The notes below the pieces were generated by a model. That model ran no database searches. It saw nothing but the letters and a program-made list of their open reading frames with translations, and was not told the DNA's origin. From positions 1 to 28,213 of IMG/VR virus record IMGVR_UViG_3300032270_000211: a stretch of 28,213 bases of DNA; one strand, 5' to 3'. Of the stretch, positions 7,865-17,285 are shown in pieces. The position numbers were made by a program, and so were the translations under genes. The first letter of the stretch is position 1. Each line of letters starts with the position of its first letter. This DNA comes from a virus (lineage: Duplodnaviria > Caudoviricetes).

Positions 7865-9294
7865 AAACGCCTATCCTTGGCCAAACCTATGTGGCTCGCA
7901 GCCTTAACGCTGCGGATAGCCGCATGGTGAACTTGTACCCCGAAGTTACCCCCGCGCCAGAAGGCATGGAACCTGCGTACCTAAACCGGGCGCCGGGGTT
8001 AAGTTATTTGGCAACCATAGGCGAAGGGCCAATTCGCGGCTTGTGGACGTTTGGCGACTATGGTTACGTCGTGTCTGGCAATAACCTGTATAAGATAACT
8101 AGCACTTATACGGCCACGCTTTTAGGTACTATTTCCGGCACTGGGCCGGTGTCTATGTCAGATAATGGCACTCAGCTTTTTGTTGCCGCTAATCCTGAAG
8201 GTTACATTTATAACGCGTCGACTAACGTATTTTCACCAATTACTGATCCTGATTTTCCAGGTGCGGTGACGGTAGGCTACATTGACGGCTATTTTGTTTT
8301 TAATGAACCAAACAGCCAAAAATTGTGGGTTACCAGTTTGTTGGACGGGCTGTCCATAGACCCTTTAGATTTTGCCAGCGCCGAAGGCTCACCCGACGGC
8401 GTGGTTAGCTTGATTGTAGACCACCGCGAAATTTGGGTGTTTGGCACTAGCAGCACTGAAGTTTGGTACGACGCCGGCACGGCAGACTTCCCATTGCAGC
8501 GTATTCAAGGCGCATTTAACGAGATAGGGTGTGCGGCGCCTTACTCGGTAGCTAAGATGGACAACAGCGTGTTTTGGTTAGGCGCTGATGCGCGCGGGCG
8601 CGGTATTGTCTATCGAGCTAACGGCTATACTGGCCAACGCATTTCTACCCATGCGGTTGAATGGAAGATTCAACAGTATGGTAACTTGGCCGACGCGATT
8701 GCCTACACTTACCAGCAAGACGGCCATAATTTTTACGTACTGATTTTCCCCAACGCCAATACGACTTGGGTGTACGATGCTTCCACGCAGGCATGGCATG
8801 AGCGGGCTGGCTGGTATAACGGATCGTTTACCCGGCACCGCAGCAACTGTCAGATGGCGTTTAACAATAAAATTATTGTCGGCGATTACGAAAACGGAAA
8901 CATCTATGCGTTTGATTTAGATGTTTTTGCCGACAATGGTGAAATCCAGAAATGGTTGCGGTCTTGGCGCGCGCTGCCTACCGGGCAGAACAACCTTAAA
9001 CGTACCGCTCACCACACGCTGCAATTAGAATGCGAATCAGGTACCGGGCTTAATTCAGGCCAAGGCGATGACCCCCAAGTTATGCTGCGCTGGTCAGATG
9101 ATGGCGGCCATACGTGGTCAAACGAACATTGGGCTAACATGGGCAGAATCGGTGAATATTACTACCGAGTGTTCTGGCGCCGGTTAGGTATGACGCTAAA
9201 GCTGCGCGACCGAGTGTATGAAATTTCTGGTACTGACCCCATTAAAATAGCCATTATGGGCGCTGAATTGCAACTCAGCGGCACTAATGCCTAG
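7861..9294 (+). CDS. tail hub / packaged-DNA stabilisation protein, P22 gp10-like
   Basis: 477-aa beta-propeller-like protein; FASAEGSPD, TWVYD...WHER, LRWSDDGGHTW and WRRLG motifs of the gp10 family. Confidence 0.88.
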   Translation: MKTPILGQTYVARSLNAADSRMVNLYPEVTPAPEGMEPAYLNRAPGLSYLATIGEGPIRGLWTFGDYGYVVSGNNLYKITSTYTATLLGTISGTGPVSMSDNGTQLFVAANPEGYIYNASTNVFSPITDPDFPGAVTVGYIDGYFVFNEPNSQKLWVTSLLDGLSIDPLDFASAEGSPDGVVSLIVDHREIWVFGTSSTEVWYDAGTADFPLQRIQGAFNEIGCAAPYSVAKMDNSVFWLGADARGRGIVYRANGYTGQRISTHAVEWKIQQYGNLADAIAYTYQQDGHNFYVLIFPNANTTWVYDASTQAWHERAGWYNGSFTRHRSNCQMAFNNKIIVGDYENGNIYAFDLDVFADNGEIQKWLRSWRALPTGQNNLKRTAHHTLQLECESGTGLNSGQGDDPQVMLRWSDDGGHTWSNEHWANMGRIGEYYYRVFWRRLGMTLKLRDRVYEISGTDPIKIAIMGAELQLSGTNA

Positions 9295-11614
9295 CCCACC
9301 CAATCTTACCAATATCACGCCGCCACGCGTGCCGCTTATTGACGAGCGTACGGGGCTAATATCGCGTGAATGGTACCGGTTTTTTCTTAATCTTTTTAAT
9401 CTGACAGGTGGCGGGGCTAACGTCACGTCTTTGACAGACCTTCAATTGGGGCCGCCCGCGCCGCAACAAGAAGACATCATTGATATTATTGTCGATGTTG
9501 AAACAGCTAAGATTCAACCTACCCAAGAGTCTGCGCTAGAGCAAATTGCTGAACTTGCTAAACAAGTTGAAGCTCTATCGGTTTTGCCTTTGACTAGCTG
9601 GGTGCTATCCGAACTTGCCGAACTACAAGCGCAAATTGACGGGATGTTAGCTACCCCTGCTTCAATCCCTGTTGTCGCAGCCGCGTTGACTAAAGTTGAC
9701 GATACCAACGTTACGCTGACCTTGGGCGGGTCGCCCAGCACGGCGTTGCTTGCCGCCACTAGCTTGACGTTGGGCTGGACAGGGCAGCTAGCAACTTCGC
9801 GCGGCGGTACAGGGTTGTCGTCTTACACCGCCAACGGTGTTGTTTACGCCAGCAGCACTAGCGCGCTTGCCACAGGGTCGGCTTTTACGTTTGATGGTAA
9901 CGGCGTAGCCATATCTGTTAATAGTTCAACTGATGGGCTGCGCGTCACGCAAACCGGCACTGGCAATGCGCTGTTAATTGAAGATAATACAAATCCTGAT
10001 GGATCGCCCCTTGTAGTTGATTCTATTGGTAGAGTAATAGCTGGGTATACCTCTTCTATTTCTGCAGATGATGCTGGAGGCGCAAACAGAACAACGTGGG
10101 CATACCAAGCAAATAACACTACGGTGAGCGGCGCTGGTTATTTGGCTACTTATTGGGCTGATAACGCGGTGGGCGCCGGTGGCCTTTCTATTGGTAAAAG
10201 TCGCGGCGCTTCTGTAGCAACAAGAGCTGTTGTTCAAAACGGTGATGAGATTGGGCAAATTGGTTTTGTTGGTGATGACGGAACAAACTTTATATCTGCG
10301 GCGGGTATTTTTGCGGCAGTAGACGGCACACCCGGCACTAACGATATGCCCGGACGTTTGGTATTCAGCACTACGGCTGATGGCGCAAGCGCGCCTACTG
10401 AACGACTTCGTATTGCAGCTACGGGTGCTTTGGCGGTTAATGGAGCCGCAAACTACGGCACTTCTGGGCAGGTGTTAACCTCTGCGGGTAATGCGCCGCC
10501 TACATGGACAACGCCTACAACTGGCACAGTAACTTCAGTTGCTCAAACATTTACCGGCGGGTTAATTTCTGTCAGCGGATCCCCAATTACAGGTAGCGGC
10601 ACACTAGCTCTAACGGTTGCCGGAACGTCTGGCGGCATCCCTTATTTTTCCAGTGCGTCTACTTGGACAAGTTCCGCCGCGTTAACTTTTAACGGCACTA
10701 ACCTTACAACTACTGGCAGCGCAACAGCAACCGCGTTTATACCTTCAAGTTCAACAGTACCCACAAACGGTCTGTATTTGCAAGGCACCAATGCAGTTGG
10801 GCTTGCAACTAATTCAATCGAAAGATTTAGGGTAGTAAGCACTGGTCAAGCTATATTTACTGTGGCAGATATGACTGCCGCAAACCCTTCCGCAGTTATT
10901 GTAAGTGCCACAGGTAAAGCGGCGCAAACTGGAAATATGGCGGGTCTAATATCCACCATAAACACAGATGCGACTTACGCAGGGTCTACTGTTATTGGTG
11001 TTTATGCAAACATTGGGTCTATTGTTGTTGCGCCGACAAATGCGTACGGTTTTTATGTTGCGTCAGATTGGACAAGCGCGACTAATAACTATGCCTATTA
11101 CAGTAACGTAGCCTCTGGGGCTAATCGCTGGAATTTTTATGCAAATGGCACAGCGAATAACTATTTTGCTGGAAACGTTGGCATAGCCAACACTTCGCCA
11201 GCTTGCGCCCTAGATGTTACCGGCGGTATCCAGACTAGCCGCACTGGAGTCACAGCGCCGGCAGCTACTGATGGAAATATTTTTAGTGGGACGTATACGC
11301 CTACATTAACAAACACGACCAATATTACCGCTAGCACAGCAAATACTACGTATTACACAAGAGTTGGCAACATGGTGATGGTAAGTGGTCGGGTAAGTAT
11401 TGACCCAACAGCAGCAGGTTCGATTACGCTTGGTGTTTCTCTGCCAATAGCAAGTGACATCAGTAATAATTGCTGGGGCGTATGCAACAATCAGCAAGGC
11501 GATGCTATTGCAGTTACATCTGATAATACAAACGACAGAGCGAGTTTTATAGGTGTAGTGGCTGACGCTGCTAATAGAGTCTATTCATTTACATTTCAAT
11601 ATCAGGTGGCTTAA
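9287..11614 (+). CDS. tail fibre / needle-like receptor-binding protein
   Basis: N-terminal PPRVPLID..TG.ISREWYRFF anchor and coiled coil, then G/T/S/A-rich fibre modules (RGGTG, ERLRI), and a C-terminal GTYTPT...YTRVGNMV domain. Confidence 0.8.
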   Translation: MPSPPNLTNITPPRVPLIDERTGLISREWYRFFLNLFNLTGGGANVTSLTDLQLGPPAPQQEDIIDIIVDVETAKIQPTQESALEQIAELAKQVEALSVLPLTSWVLSELAELQAQIDGMLATPASIPVVAAALTKVDDTNVTLTLGGSPSTALLAATSLTLGWTGQLATSRGGTGLSSYTANGVVYASSTSALATGSAFTFDGNGVAISVNSSTDGLRVTQTGTGNALLIEDNTNPDGSPLVVDSIGRVIAGYTSSISADDAGGANRTTWAYQANNTTVSGAGYLATYWADNAVGAGGLSIGKSRGASVATRAVVQNGDEIGQIGFVGDDGTNFISAAGIFAAVDGTPGTNDMPGRLVFSTTADGASAPTERLRIAATGALAVNGAANYGTSGQVLTSAGNAPPTWTTPTTGTVTSVAQTFTGGLISVSGSPITGSGTLALTVAGTSGGIPYFSSASTWTSSAALTFNGTNLTTTGSATATAFIPSSSTVPTNGLYLQGTNAVGLATNSIERFRVVSTGQAIFTVADMTAANPSAVIVSATGKAAQTGNMAGLISTINTDATYAGSTVIGVYANIGSIVVAPTNAYGFYVASDWTSATNNYAYYSNVASGANRWNFYANGTANNYFAGNVGIANTSPACALDVTGGIQTSRTGVTAPAATDGNIFSGTYTPTLTNTTNITASTANTTYYTRVGNMVMVSGRVSIDPTAAGSITLGVSLPIASDISNNCWGVCNNQQGDAIAVTSDNTNDRASFIGVVADAANRVYSFTFQYQVA

Positions 11615-11782
11615 ATGAATTATGAGTTGACCTATTGGACTCCTCCAGACGGCGAGCACAAGTTAGTTGTTAGCTATGAAGATGGGACTGTTAAGGAATA
11701 TACTATGGCCAACAAAGAACAATACGCCGTGGATTTTCCAGACCGCCTTGCAGATATTGTAGCTATGCAATGGGGCGCTTAA
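11615..11782 (+). CDS. 55-aa ORF after the tail fibre, possible fibre assembly chaperone (not in ORF track)
   Basis: ATG immediately after the fibre TAA; MNYELTYWTPPDGEHKLVVSYEDGTVKEYTMANKEQYAVDFPDRLADIVAMQWGA*. Confidence 0.6.
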   Translation: MNYELTYWTPPDGEHKLVVSYEDGTVKEYTMANKEQYAVDFPDRLADIVAMQWGA

Positions 11783-11835
11783 CTCGCAACATTAATTAAA
11801 TACCAAGTAACGTCGTCATTTATTTAGAGGTTTTT

Positions 11836-12171
11836 ATGACAGTCACTGTTAAAGTACTAATCCCTGCCAAAACGGCAGAAAATAGTCAGACCACGCAGTA
11901 CACTGCGGCTGGGGTGACCACCATTATCGACAAGTTTACGGCCACTAATTACAGCGCGTCTGCCGCTACGATTAGTGTCAACTTGGTAACTGGTGCCGAT
12001 ACGGCGGGTAACCAAAACTTAATTACCAAAACGAAAACATTGCAGCCGTCCGAAGTCTACACATTTCCAGAAATTGTAGGCCAGGTCTTGGCACCGAGCG
12101 GTTTTATCTCTACTATCGCGGGGACTGCTAGTGCGATCAATATTCGGGCATCGGGTCGCGAGGTAACGTAA
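11836..12171 (+). CDS. hypothetical virion protein
   Basis: 111-aa T/A-rich beta protein; SD GAGG. Confidence 0.7.
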   Translation: MTVTVKVLIPAKTAENSQTTQYTAAGVTTIIDKFTATNYSASAATISVNLVTGADTAGNQNLITKTKTLQPSEVYTFPEIVGQVLAPSGFISTIAGTASAINIRASGREVT

Positions 12172-12174
12172 CGT

Positions 12175-13044
12175 ATGGGCGCTATTGAACTTTTTGATGC
12201 TGACGGCACGGCGGTAGCTACCGCCGAAGCCATGCGTCAACGAGTCGTTGCGCTGCAAGATTCATTGCTGGAAATGCCGCAGGCCGATATCGTGACAACA
12301 CACACGTTTCTGCCTGGCGTGTATGAACGAAAGATTACGATACCGCCTTGGACAGTTTTGACAGGCGCTGCGCATAAGACGGATTACCGCGTGCGGTTGG
12401 AAAAGGGCACGATTGCGGTGAACCGTGATACGGAAGTGGTTGTGTTGACGGCGCCATGTGAGTTTGACGCCAAAGCAGGTGAACAGCGCGCAGGCCGCGT
12501 GTTTGAAGATGAAGTGGTTTGGGTGGATGTGTACGACAACCCCGACGATTGCCAAGACATACCGACGTTAGAAGACAGACTGTACGTTGTGCCGGAGTGT
12601 GGATTGGGCGATACTCGACGTCAGTTAGCGATTGAATCAGCGCAAACAGACTATCAGTTGTTTTTAAAGCAGTTGGGTATGGATCAGCCCACAATGGACG
12701 CGATAGTAACCATTGAAAGTGATCTAGTTGATATGCCGGAAGGGCACGATGTAGAGTTAAAAGCGTCGCCAGTGCACGGTATGGGCATGTTTGCTACGCG
12801 GTACTTTTTTGCCGGCGAAGTTATTTGCCCCGGTCGATTGGATGGTAAGCGTACTCCGGCAGGCCGGTACATTAACCATTCGCACGACGCAAACGTAATA
12901 CCGTACAAGTTTGGTGACGATTTATACGTGATTGCTTTAAAAGATGTGGGGGTTGGTGGGGAACTTCTAATAGATTACCGAGACGCCATCCGTGCAAATT
13001 TTGGCTTTTACTTACCCAAGGAAACATTATGTCAGGATTCATAA
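12175..13044 (+). CDS. cupin-like domain fused to SET-domain (lysine methyltransferase-like) protein
   Basis: C-terminal SET motifs SPVHGMGMFA, RYINHS and ELLIDY; N-terminal HTFLPGVYER..IP...LTGAAHK...APC...G.QR.G..FED.VW cupin-like pattern. Confidence 0.85.
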   Translation: MGAIELFDADGTAVATAEAMRQRVVALQDSLLEMPQADIVTTHTFLPGVYERKITIPPWTVLTGAAHKTDYRVRLEKGTIAVNRDTEVVVLTAPCEFDAKAGEQRAGRVFEDEVVWVDVYDNPDDCQDIPTLEDRLYVVPECGLGDTRRQLAIESAQTDYQLFLKQLGMDQPTMDAIVTIESDLVDMPEGHDVELKASPVHGMGMFATRYFFAGEVICPGRLDGKRTPAGRYINHSHDANVIPYKFGDDLYVIALKDVGVGGELLIDYRDAIRANFGFYLPKETLCQDS

Positions 13045-13718
13045 CCGGTAGCGTAATTAGCGCATACGGCTCTAACCAAGCGGCTAAAAAACAACTTGAA
13101 GGGCAGCGCGAGGCTACGGCCGCGCAAGAGCGCATGTTTTACCGGCAACTGCAGTTGCAAGAGCCTTTTCGGATGGCTGGCGTTAACGCGCTGCCCGAAC
13201 TAATAGCTGCATCACGGTACACGCCGTTCAGCATGCAACAATTTAAAGCCGATCCCGGCTACGCGTTTCGGTTGCAAGAAGGCTTAAAATCGCTTGATCG
13301 CAGTGCTGCAGCACGCGGCGGCTTGTTATCGGGCGCCACGCTAAAAGGCGCTTTGCGCTACGGTCAAGATATGGGCTCGCAAGAATACACTAACGCGTTT
13401 AACCGCTATCAAGCTGAACGCGCGGCGCGGCTAAACCCACTGCAAAGTTTGGCAGGCATGGGGCAAACATCGGCTAATACATTATCAAACGAAGCGGGTC
13501 AATACGGCCAAAACATGGCGCAAAGCGCTACTCAGATGGGCAACATCCGCGCGTCTAATTACGTCAATACAGCTAATGCGCTGACAAGCGGCTTAAGTGG
13601 ATACTTAAACCAACAGCAAAATCAGCAAATGATGGATAGGTTTTTCCCGCAACAAACACCTAATGCTGCACCTACTTACGGGTCGCCTTATGACCTTAAC
13701 GCTCAAAATTATGGTTAA
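13029..13718 (+). CDS. DNA ejection (pilot) protein, P22 gp7-like
   Basis: A/G/Q/N-rich; DPGYAFRLQEG, AAARGGLLSGATLK and LQSLAGMGQ patterns; first of three ejection genes; SD AAGGA. Confidence 0.75.
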   Translation: MSGFITGSVISAYGSNQAAKKQLEGQREATAAQERMFYRQLQLQEPFRMAGVNALPELIAASRYTPFSMQQFKADPGYAFRLQEGLKSLDRSAAARGGLLSGATLKGALRYGQDMGSQEYTNAFNRYQAERAARLNPLQSLAGMGQTSANTLSNEAGQYGQNMAQSATQMGNIRASNYVNTANALTSGLSGYLNQQQNQQMMDRFFPQQTPNAAPTYGSPYDLNAQNYG

Positions 13719-13721
13719 TTT

Positions 13722-15521
13722 ATGGCCGGCATAGACTACAGCATCCCAGGGCAAATTAAAGGCATTCAGCTTGAATCGCCGATGAACGCTATGGCGCAAG
13801 CCATGCAGCTGCGCAACTTGCAAGAAACATCGCAAATAAATGCGCTCAGAGCGCAAGAAACTTCGCAGATGAACGCGCTAAAAACGCAAGAGTATCAGCG
13901 CGGGGTGGAGCAGCGCAATGCTTTGGCGCGCATTCATTCAGATCCTAACGTAAAAATTGGTTCCCCAGAATATTTGGAGCGCATATATAAAGAAGCGCCG
14001 GATTTGTATAACGACGTAGCAACTAAAATTGCAAACCGAGAAAATGTGTTGTCTCAAATAGAAACGCGCGAAACTACTGCCGACAAAAGCAAATTTGAGT
14101 TAAATCTAGCAAAGAAAAAAGAAGAAACAGACGCTTTAGATCTTCGGTTAAAACAGTTTAACGAAGCGTTTCCTGCGTACAGTCTTCAATCTGAACAGGA
14201 TGTTGAAGATCGTATTGTGGCTATGGCTAATGATGAAATTCTCGGCCCACTATCCACACGTTTTGGCCCGTTAGGGGATACTATTGCTCGCAATAAAGCC
14301 GAATATAGGCGCGACCCTCGCGGCTACGTTCAGCGTATGTCTGGGGTGTCTGCGGACAAGATTTTGGCAGCCGCTGAAGAACGGGACAAAGCCGCCTATC
14401 GCAGTTATCGACTTAACGAAATTTATGCTGGGCGTCAACCGCTTGACGAAGAATCTTTCCTTAAAAACCGAAACGTACCGCAAACAACAACGCCAGCACC
14501 GGCAGCAGTTTCGGCAACAGCTACAACGTCGGAAGCGCCAGCAGCAGTTACTACTGCGGCTGACGGAACCCGAGTGATGCCTAGCGTTACTGTGGCGGGT
14601 CAAACTGAAGGGTTTGATTACCTTGACCCCACAGTTAAACGGTTACTTCAACTAGCTGCTGAAACTAAAGATTCAACTGAAGCTACTGCGTTAAGAGAGA
14701 CCGCCGGTAAGATTCAAGCCGCGTTTGAAAAAGATGTTGAAGAACAACGAAAAGGAAAACGGCTTACAGGTGATTTCTTAAACGTAACAATAGCAGAAGA
14801 CCAAATAGCCGAGCTTGAAAAAAATCCGAATCCAGTTAATCTGAGAAAGATAGCTAATTTACGGCAGCAGATTAAAGCCGCGAATCTTGGTAAAGGTACT
14901 AATGTTAATGTTGGCGTAAAACTGCCGCCGCAAGAAAAATCATTTGAAGAAGAACTTGGTAAAGGTCAAGCTAAAAAAGTAATAGAAAATAAAGAAAAAG
15001 CCGAAGACGCGCGCGACATGCTGGATACGGTCAGCATTGGCCGGAACATTCTTAAGTCAGGCGCTATTACGGGTGCAGGCGCGGATTTCTTTGTCGGTCT
15101 TAACCAAGCACTTAAAACGGCGGGAGTTGATTTTGGCTACGCGGATGCGTCGGCCAACTCGCAAGCGTACACCGCCAATATGGCGCAGAACGTTGGTAAG
15201 CTGATTAAACTGTTCGGTGCTGGTACAGGTTTGTCTAACGCCGACCGAGACTACGCAGAAAAGATGGCGGGCGGTAAGATTGCCCTTGACAAGGCTGCGC
15301 TGCAAAAAATATTGGATATTCAAGAACGTGCAGCGCGTAACGTTATTAAACGGCACAATCAAAACGTTAAAGATATTAAAACTAACGTTCCCTTGACTGT
15401 AGATATTGAAGAAACCGGACAAGCGGCGGCTAAAGCGCCTGCCGTAGGCACGGTGCAAGATGGGTATAAATTTAACGGTGGCAATCCTGCGGATGCAAAA
15501 AACTGGACAAAGGTGAAATAG
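13722..15521 (+). CDS. internal virion / ejection protein (gp20 position)
   Basis: 599-aa helical protein; C-terminal VGTVQDGYKFNGGNPAD..NW; synteny. Confidence 0.65.
   Translation: MAGIDYSIPGQIKGIQLESPMNAMAQAMQLRNLQETSQINALRAQETSQMNALKTQEYQRGVEQRNALARIHSDPNVKIGSPEYLERIYKEAPDLYNDVATKIANRENVLSQIETRETTADKSKFELNLAKKKEETDALDLRLKQFNEAFPAYSLQSEQDVEDRIVAMANDEILGPLSTRFGPLGDTIARNKAEYRRDPRGYVQRMSGVSADKILAAAEERDKAAYRSYRLNEIYAGRQPLDEESFLKNRNVPQTTTPAPAAVSATATTSEAPAAVTTAADGTRVMPSVTVAGQTEGFDYLDPTVKRLLQLAAETKDSTEATALRETAGKIQAAFEKDVEEQRKGKRLTGDFLNVTIAEDQIAELEKNPNPVNLRKIANLRQQIKAANLGKGTNVNVGVKLPPQEKSFEEELGKGQAKKVIENKEKAEDARDMLDTVSIGRNILKSGAITGAGADFFVGLNQALKTAGVDFGYADASANSQAYTANMAQNVGKLIKLFGAGTGLSNADRDYAEKMAGGKIALDKAALQKILDIQERAARNVIKRHNQNVKDIKTNVPLTVDIEETGQAAAKAPAVGTVQDGYKFNGGNPADAKNWTKVK
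13821..13892 (+). repeat. 33-nt imperfect tandem duplication (QETSQINALRA / QETSQMNALKT / QE)
   Basis: Units at 13821-13853 and 13854-13886 plus a partial third copy. Confidence 0.75.
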
Positions 15522-17285
15522 ATGGCCGGCCCTTGGGAGCAGTACCAAACACCCGCCGAAGCCCCTAAAGGGCCGTGGAGCCAATACGGCGAAGAGCAGT
15601 CGTTGCCGCCGATAACCGTTACGCCGGAATCTATGACTGTTGGCGAGCTACCCGGCCCTCGCCGCGAATATAGCGCGTTTGAAGTGCCATTTCAGGCGAT
15701 CAAAAACGCGCCTTCTAGCGCCGCGCGTTTTGCGGGCGGTTTGTACGATGTAATTACACACCCAGTACAGACCGCTAAAGGTGTGCTAGACATCGGCGCA
15801 GGCGCTATTCAAAGCGTGTTACCGCAAACGGTGGTGGACTGGGTCAATCGTTTTGAAGCCAATCCTGAAGCCGGACGTCAAGTTGTTGAAGCAGCGCGTG
15901 CTGCTGGCGGCGTTATTGCAGACCGCTGGGGCGGCTACGAAAATATTAAGCGCACGCTGGCTGAAGACCCTGTTGGCGCTGCTGCGGACTTGTCCACGCT
16001 GCTGACAGGCGGCGCGGGCGCGGTGCGTGGTGTGTCTAAGTTTGCCCCCGCCGCCGTTCCTACGGCTGCCGCGTTAGAACGTGCCGCCACGTTTACCAAC
16101 CCGTTGTCAGCGGTAACTATACCGGCACAAAAAGCATTGGCGTTTAAAGAAGCCGTTTTGCCGGGTAAATTGACTAGGCAACAAGAGCTTAACGCCGTTC
16201 GTGACACCACATTGCGCGCCGGTCTTGAAGAAGGTTACATGGCAACGCCTGGTAGCGTGACGCCACAAGGCCGCAACATCATCGCCGAACGTATGGCGGG
16301 CAAAACAAATCTTGAGCAGTTGATGTCTATCAACAATCAAGACGTCACCAATAAACTGGCTCGCCGCGCAGTTAATATTGATGAAACTGCGCCGCTGACG
16401 TCTGAAAATATGCGCGGTATCCGCGCAGCGGAATACGAAAAGGGTTACAAACCTGTCGAGCGTATCGGTGAAGTGCCCGCTGACGTACAGTATTTTGTTG
16501 ACTTAAATAACGTCAAGTTAAAGTACACCGGCCCGCAAAAGTCTTTTCCCGGCGCAGTGCCCGATGAAGTAACTAAACTGTTTGATATTTATTCGACAGA
16601 TAAGTTTAACTCTAAGGACGCGGTGCAGGCGATTCGCAATTTGCGTGAAGACGCTAGGGCAAATTTTCGCAAAAACGAAAACGCAACGGCTAACGCGCAG
16701 CTTGATATAGCTAATGCGCTGGAAAATCAGATGGAGCGGGCTATAGCCGCTACACCTACGCCTAACGCTAATACGTTGCTTGAACAGTTTCGATTGTCCC
16801 GCCAGCGTATGGCAATCTCTCACACGATTGAGGACGCTATCCGCGAAGGTGGCGGGGCTGTAGAAGCTAAAAAACTTGCCCGCGATTTGCAAAGCGGCAA
16901 ATATTTGTCTGGCGACTTAAAGACCGCTGCTGAATTTGCCAACGTGTTCCCCCGCGTGTCTAAAACTGCTGCGGAAATTGGTACGCCTGGCGCGGGCACT
17001 ATGCTTGGCGCGCCGTCTGGTATTGGCGGCGCGTTTGGTACGGGGCTAGGTTATTTGGCCGGCGAAAGCCAAGGCGCCGTGACCGGCGGTATGTTGGGCG
17101 CATATGGCCCACAAATGGTGTCGGCGGGGATGCGTAACTATTTAATGTCGCAAGGCGTGCAAAATAGATTGATACCTACTTACGAATCTACGCTGGGACG
17201 TTTAGCGTCAGATGTTACCGCCCGAAACGCGCTGTTAGCTACGCAAGCCGGTAACGTCACAAACCAAAACAAAATGAGGAAATAG
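15522..17285 (+). CDS. internal virion / ejection protein (gp16 position)
   Basis: 587-aa A/G-rich protein; repeated GPW.QY at the N-terminus; Gly-rich hydrophobic stretches; synteny. Confidence 0.65.
   Translation: MAGPWEQYQTPAEAPKGPWSQYGEEQSLPPITVTPESMTVGELPGPRREYSAFEVPFQAIKNAPSSAARFAGGLYDVITHPVQTAKGVLDIGAGAIQSVLPQTVVDWVNRFEANPEAGRQVVEAARAAGGVIADRWGGYENIKRTLAEDPVGAAADLSTLLTGGAGAVRGVSKFAPAAVPTAAALERAATFTNPLSAVTIPAQKALAFKEAVLPGKLTRQQELNAVRDTTLRAGLEEGYMATPGSVTPQGRNIIAERMAGKTNLEQLMSINNQDVTNKLARRAVNIDETAPLTSENMRGIRAAEYEKGYKPVERIGEVPADVQYFVDLNNVKLKYTGPQKSFPGAVPDEVTKLFDIYSTDKFNSKDAVQAIRNLREDARANFRKNENATANAQLDIANALENQMERAIAATPTPNANTLLEQFRLSRQRMAISHTIEDAIREGGGAVEAKKLARDLQSGKYLSGDLKTAAEFANVFPRVSKTAAEIGTPGAGTMLGAPSGIGGAFGTGLGYLAGESQGAVTGGMLGAYGPQMVSAGMRNYLMSQGVQNRLIPTYESTLGRLASDVTARNALLATQAGNVTNQNKMRK

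Noticed and set aside
1520-11614. Diversity-generating retroelement or invertible tail-fibre system
   Set aside because: No reverse transcriptase or invertase, and no near-identical template or inverted repeats noticed between the two receptor-binding genes.
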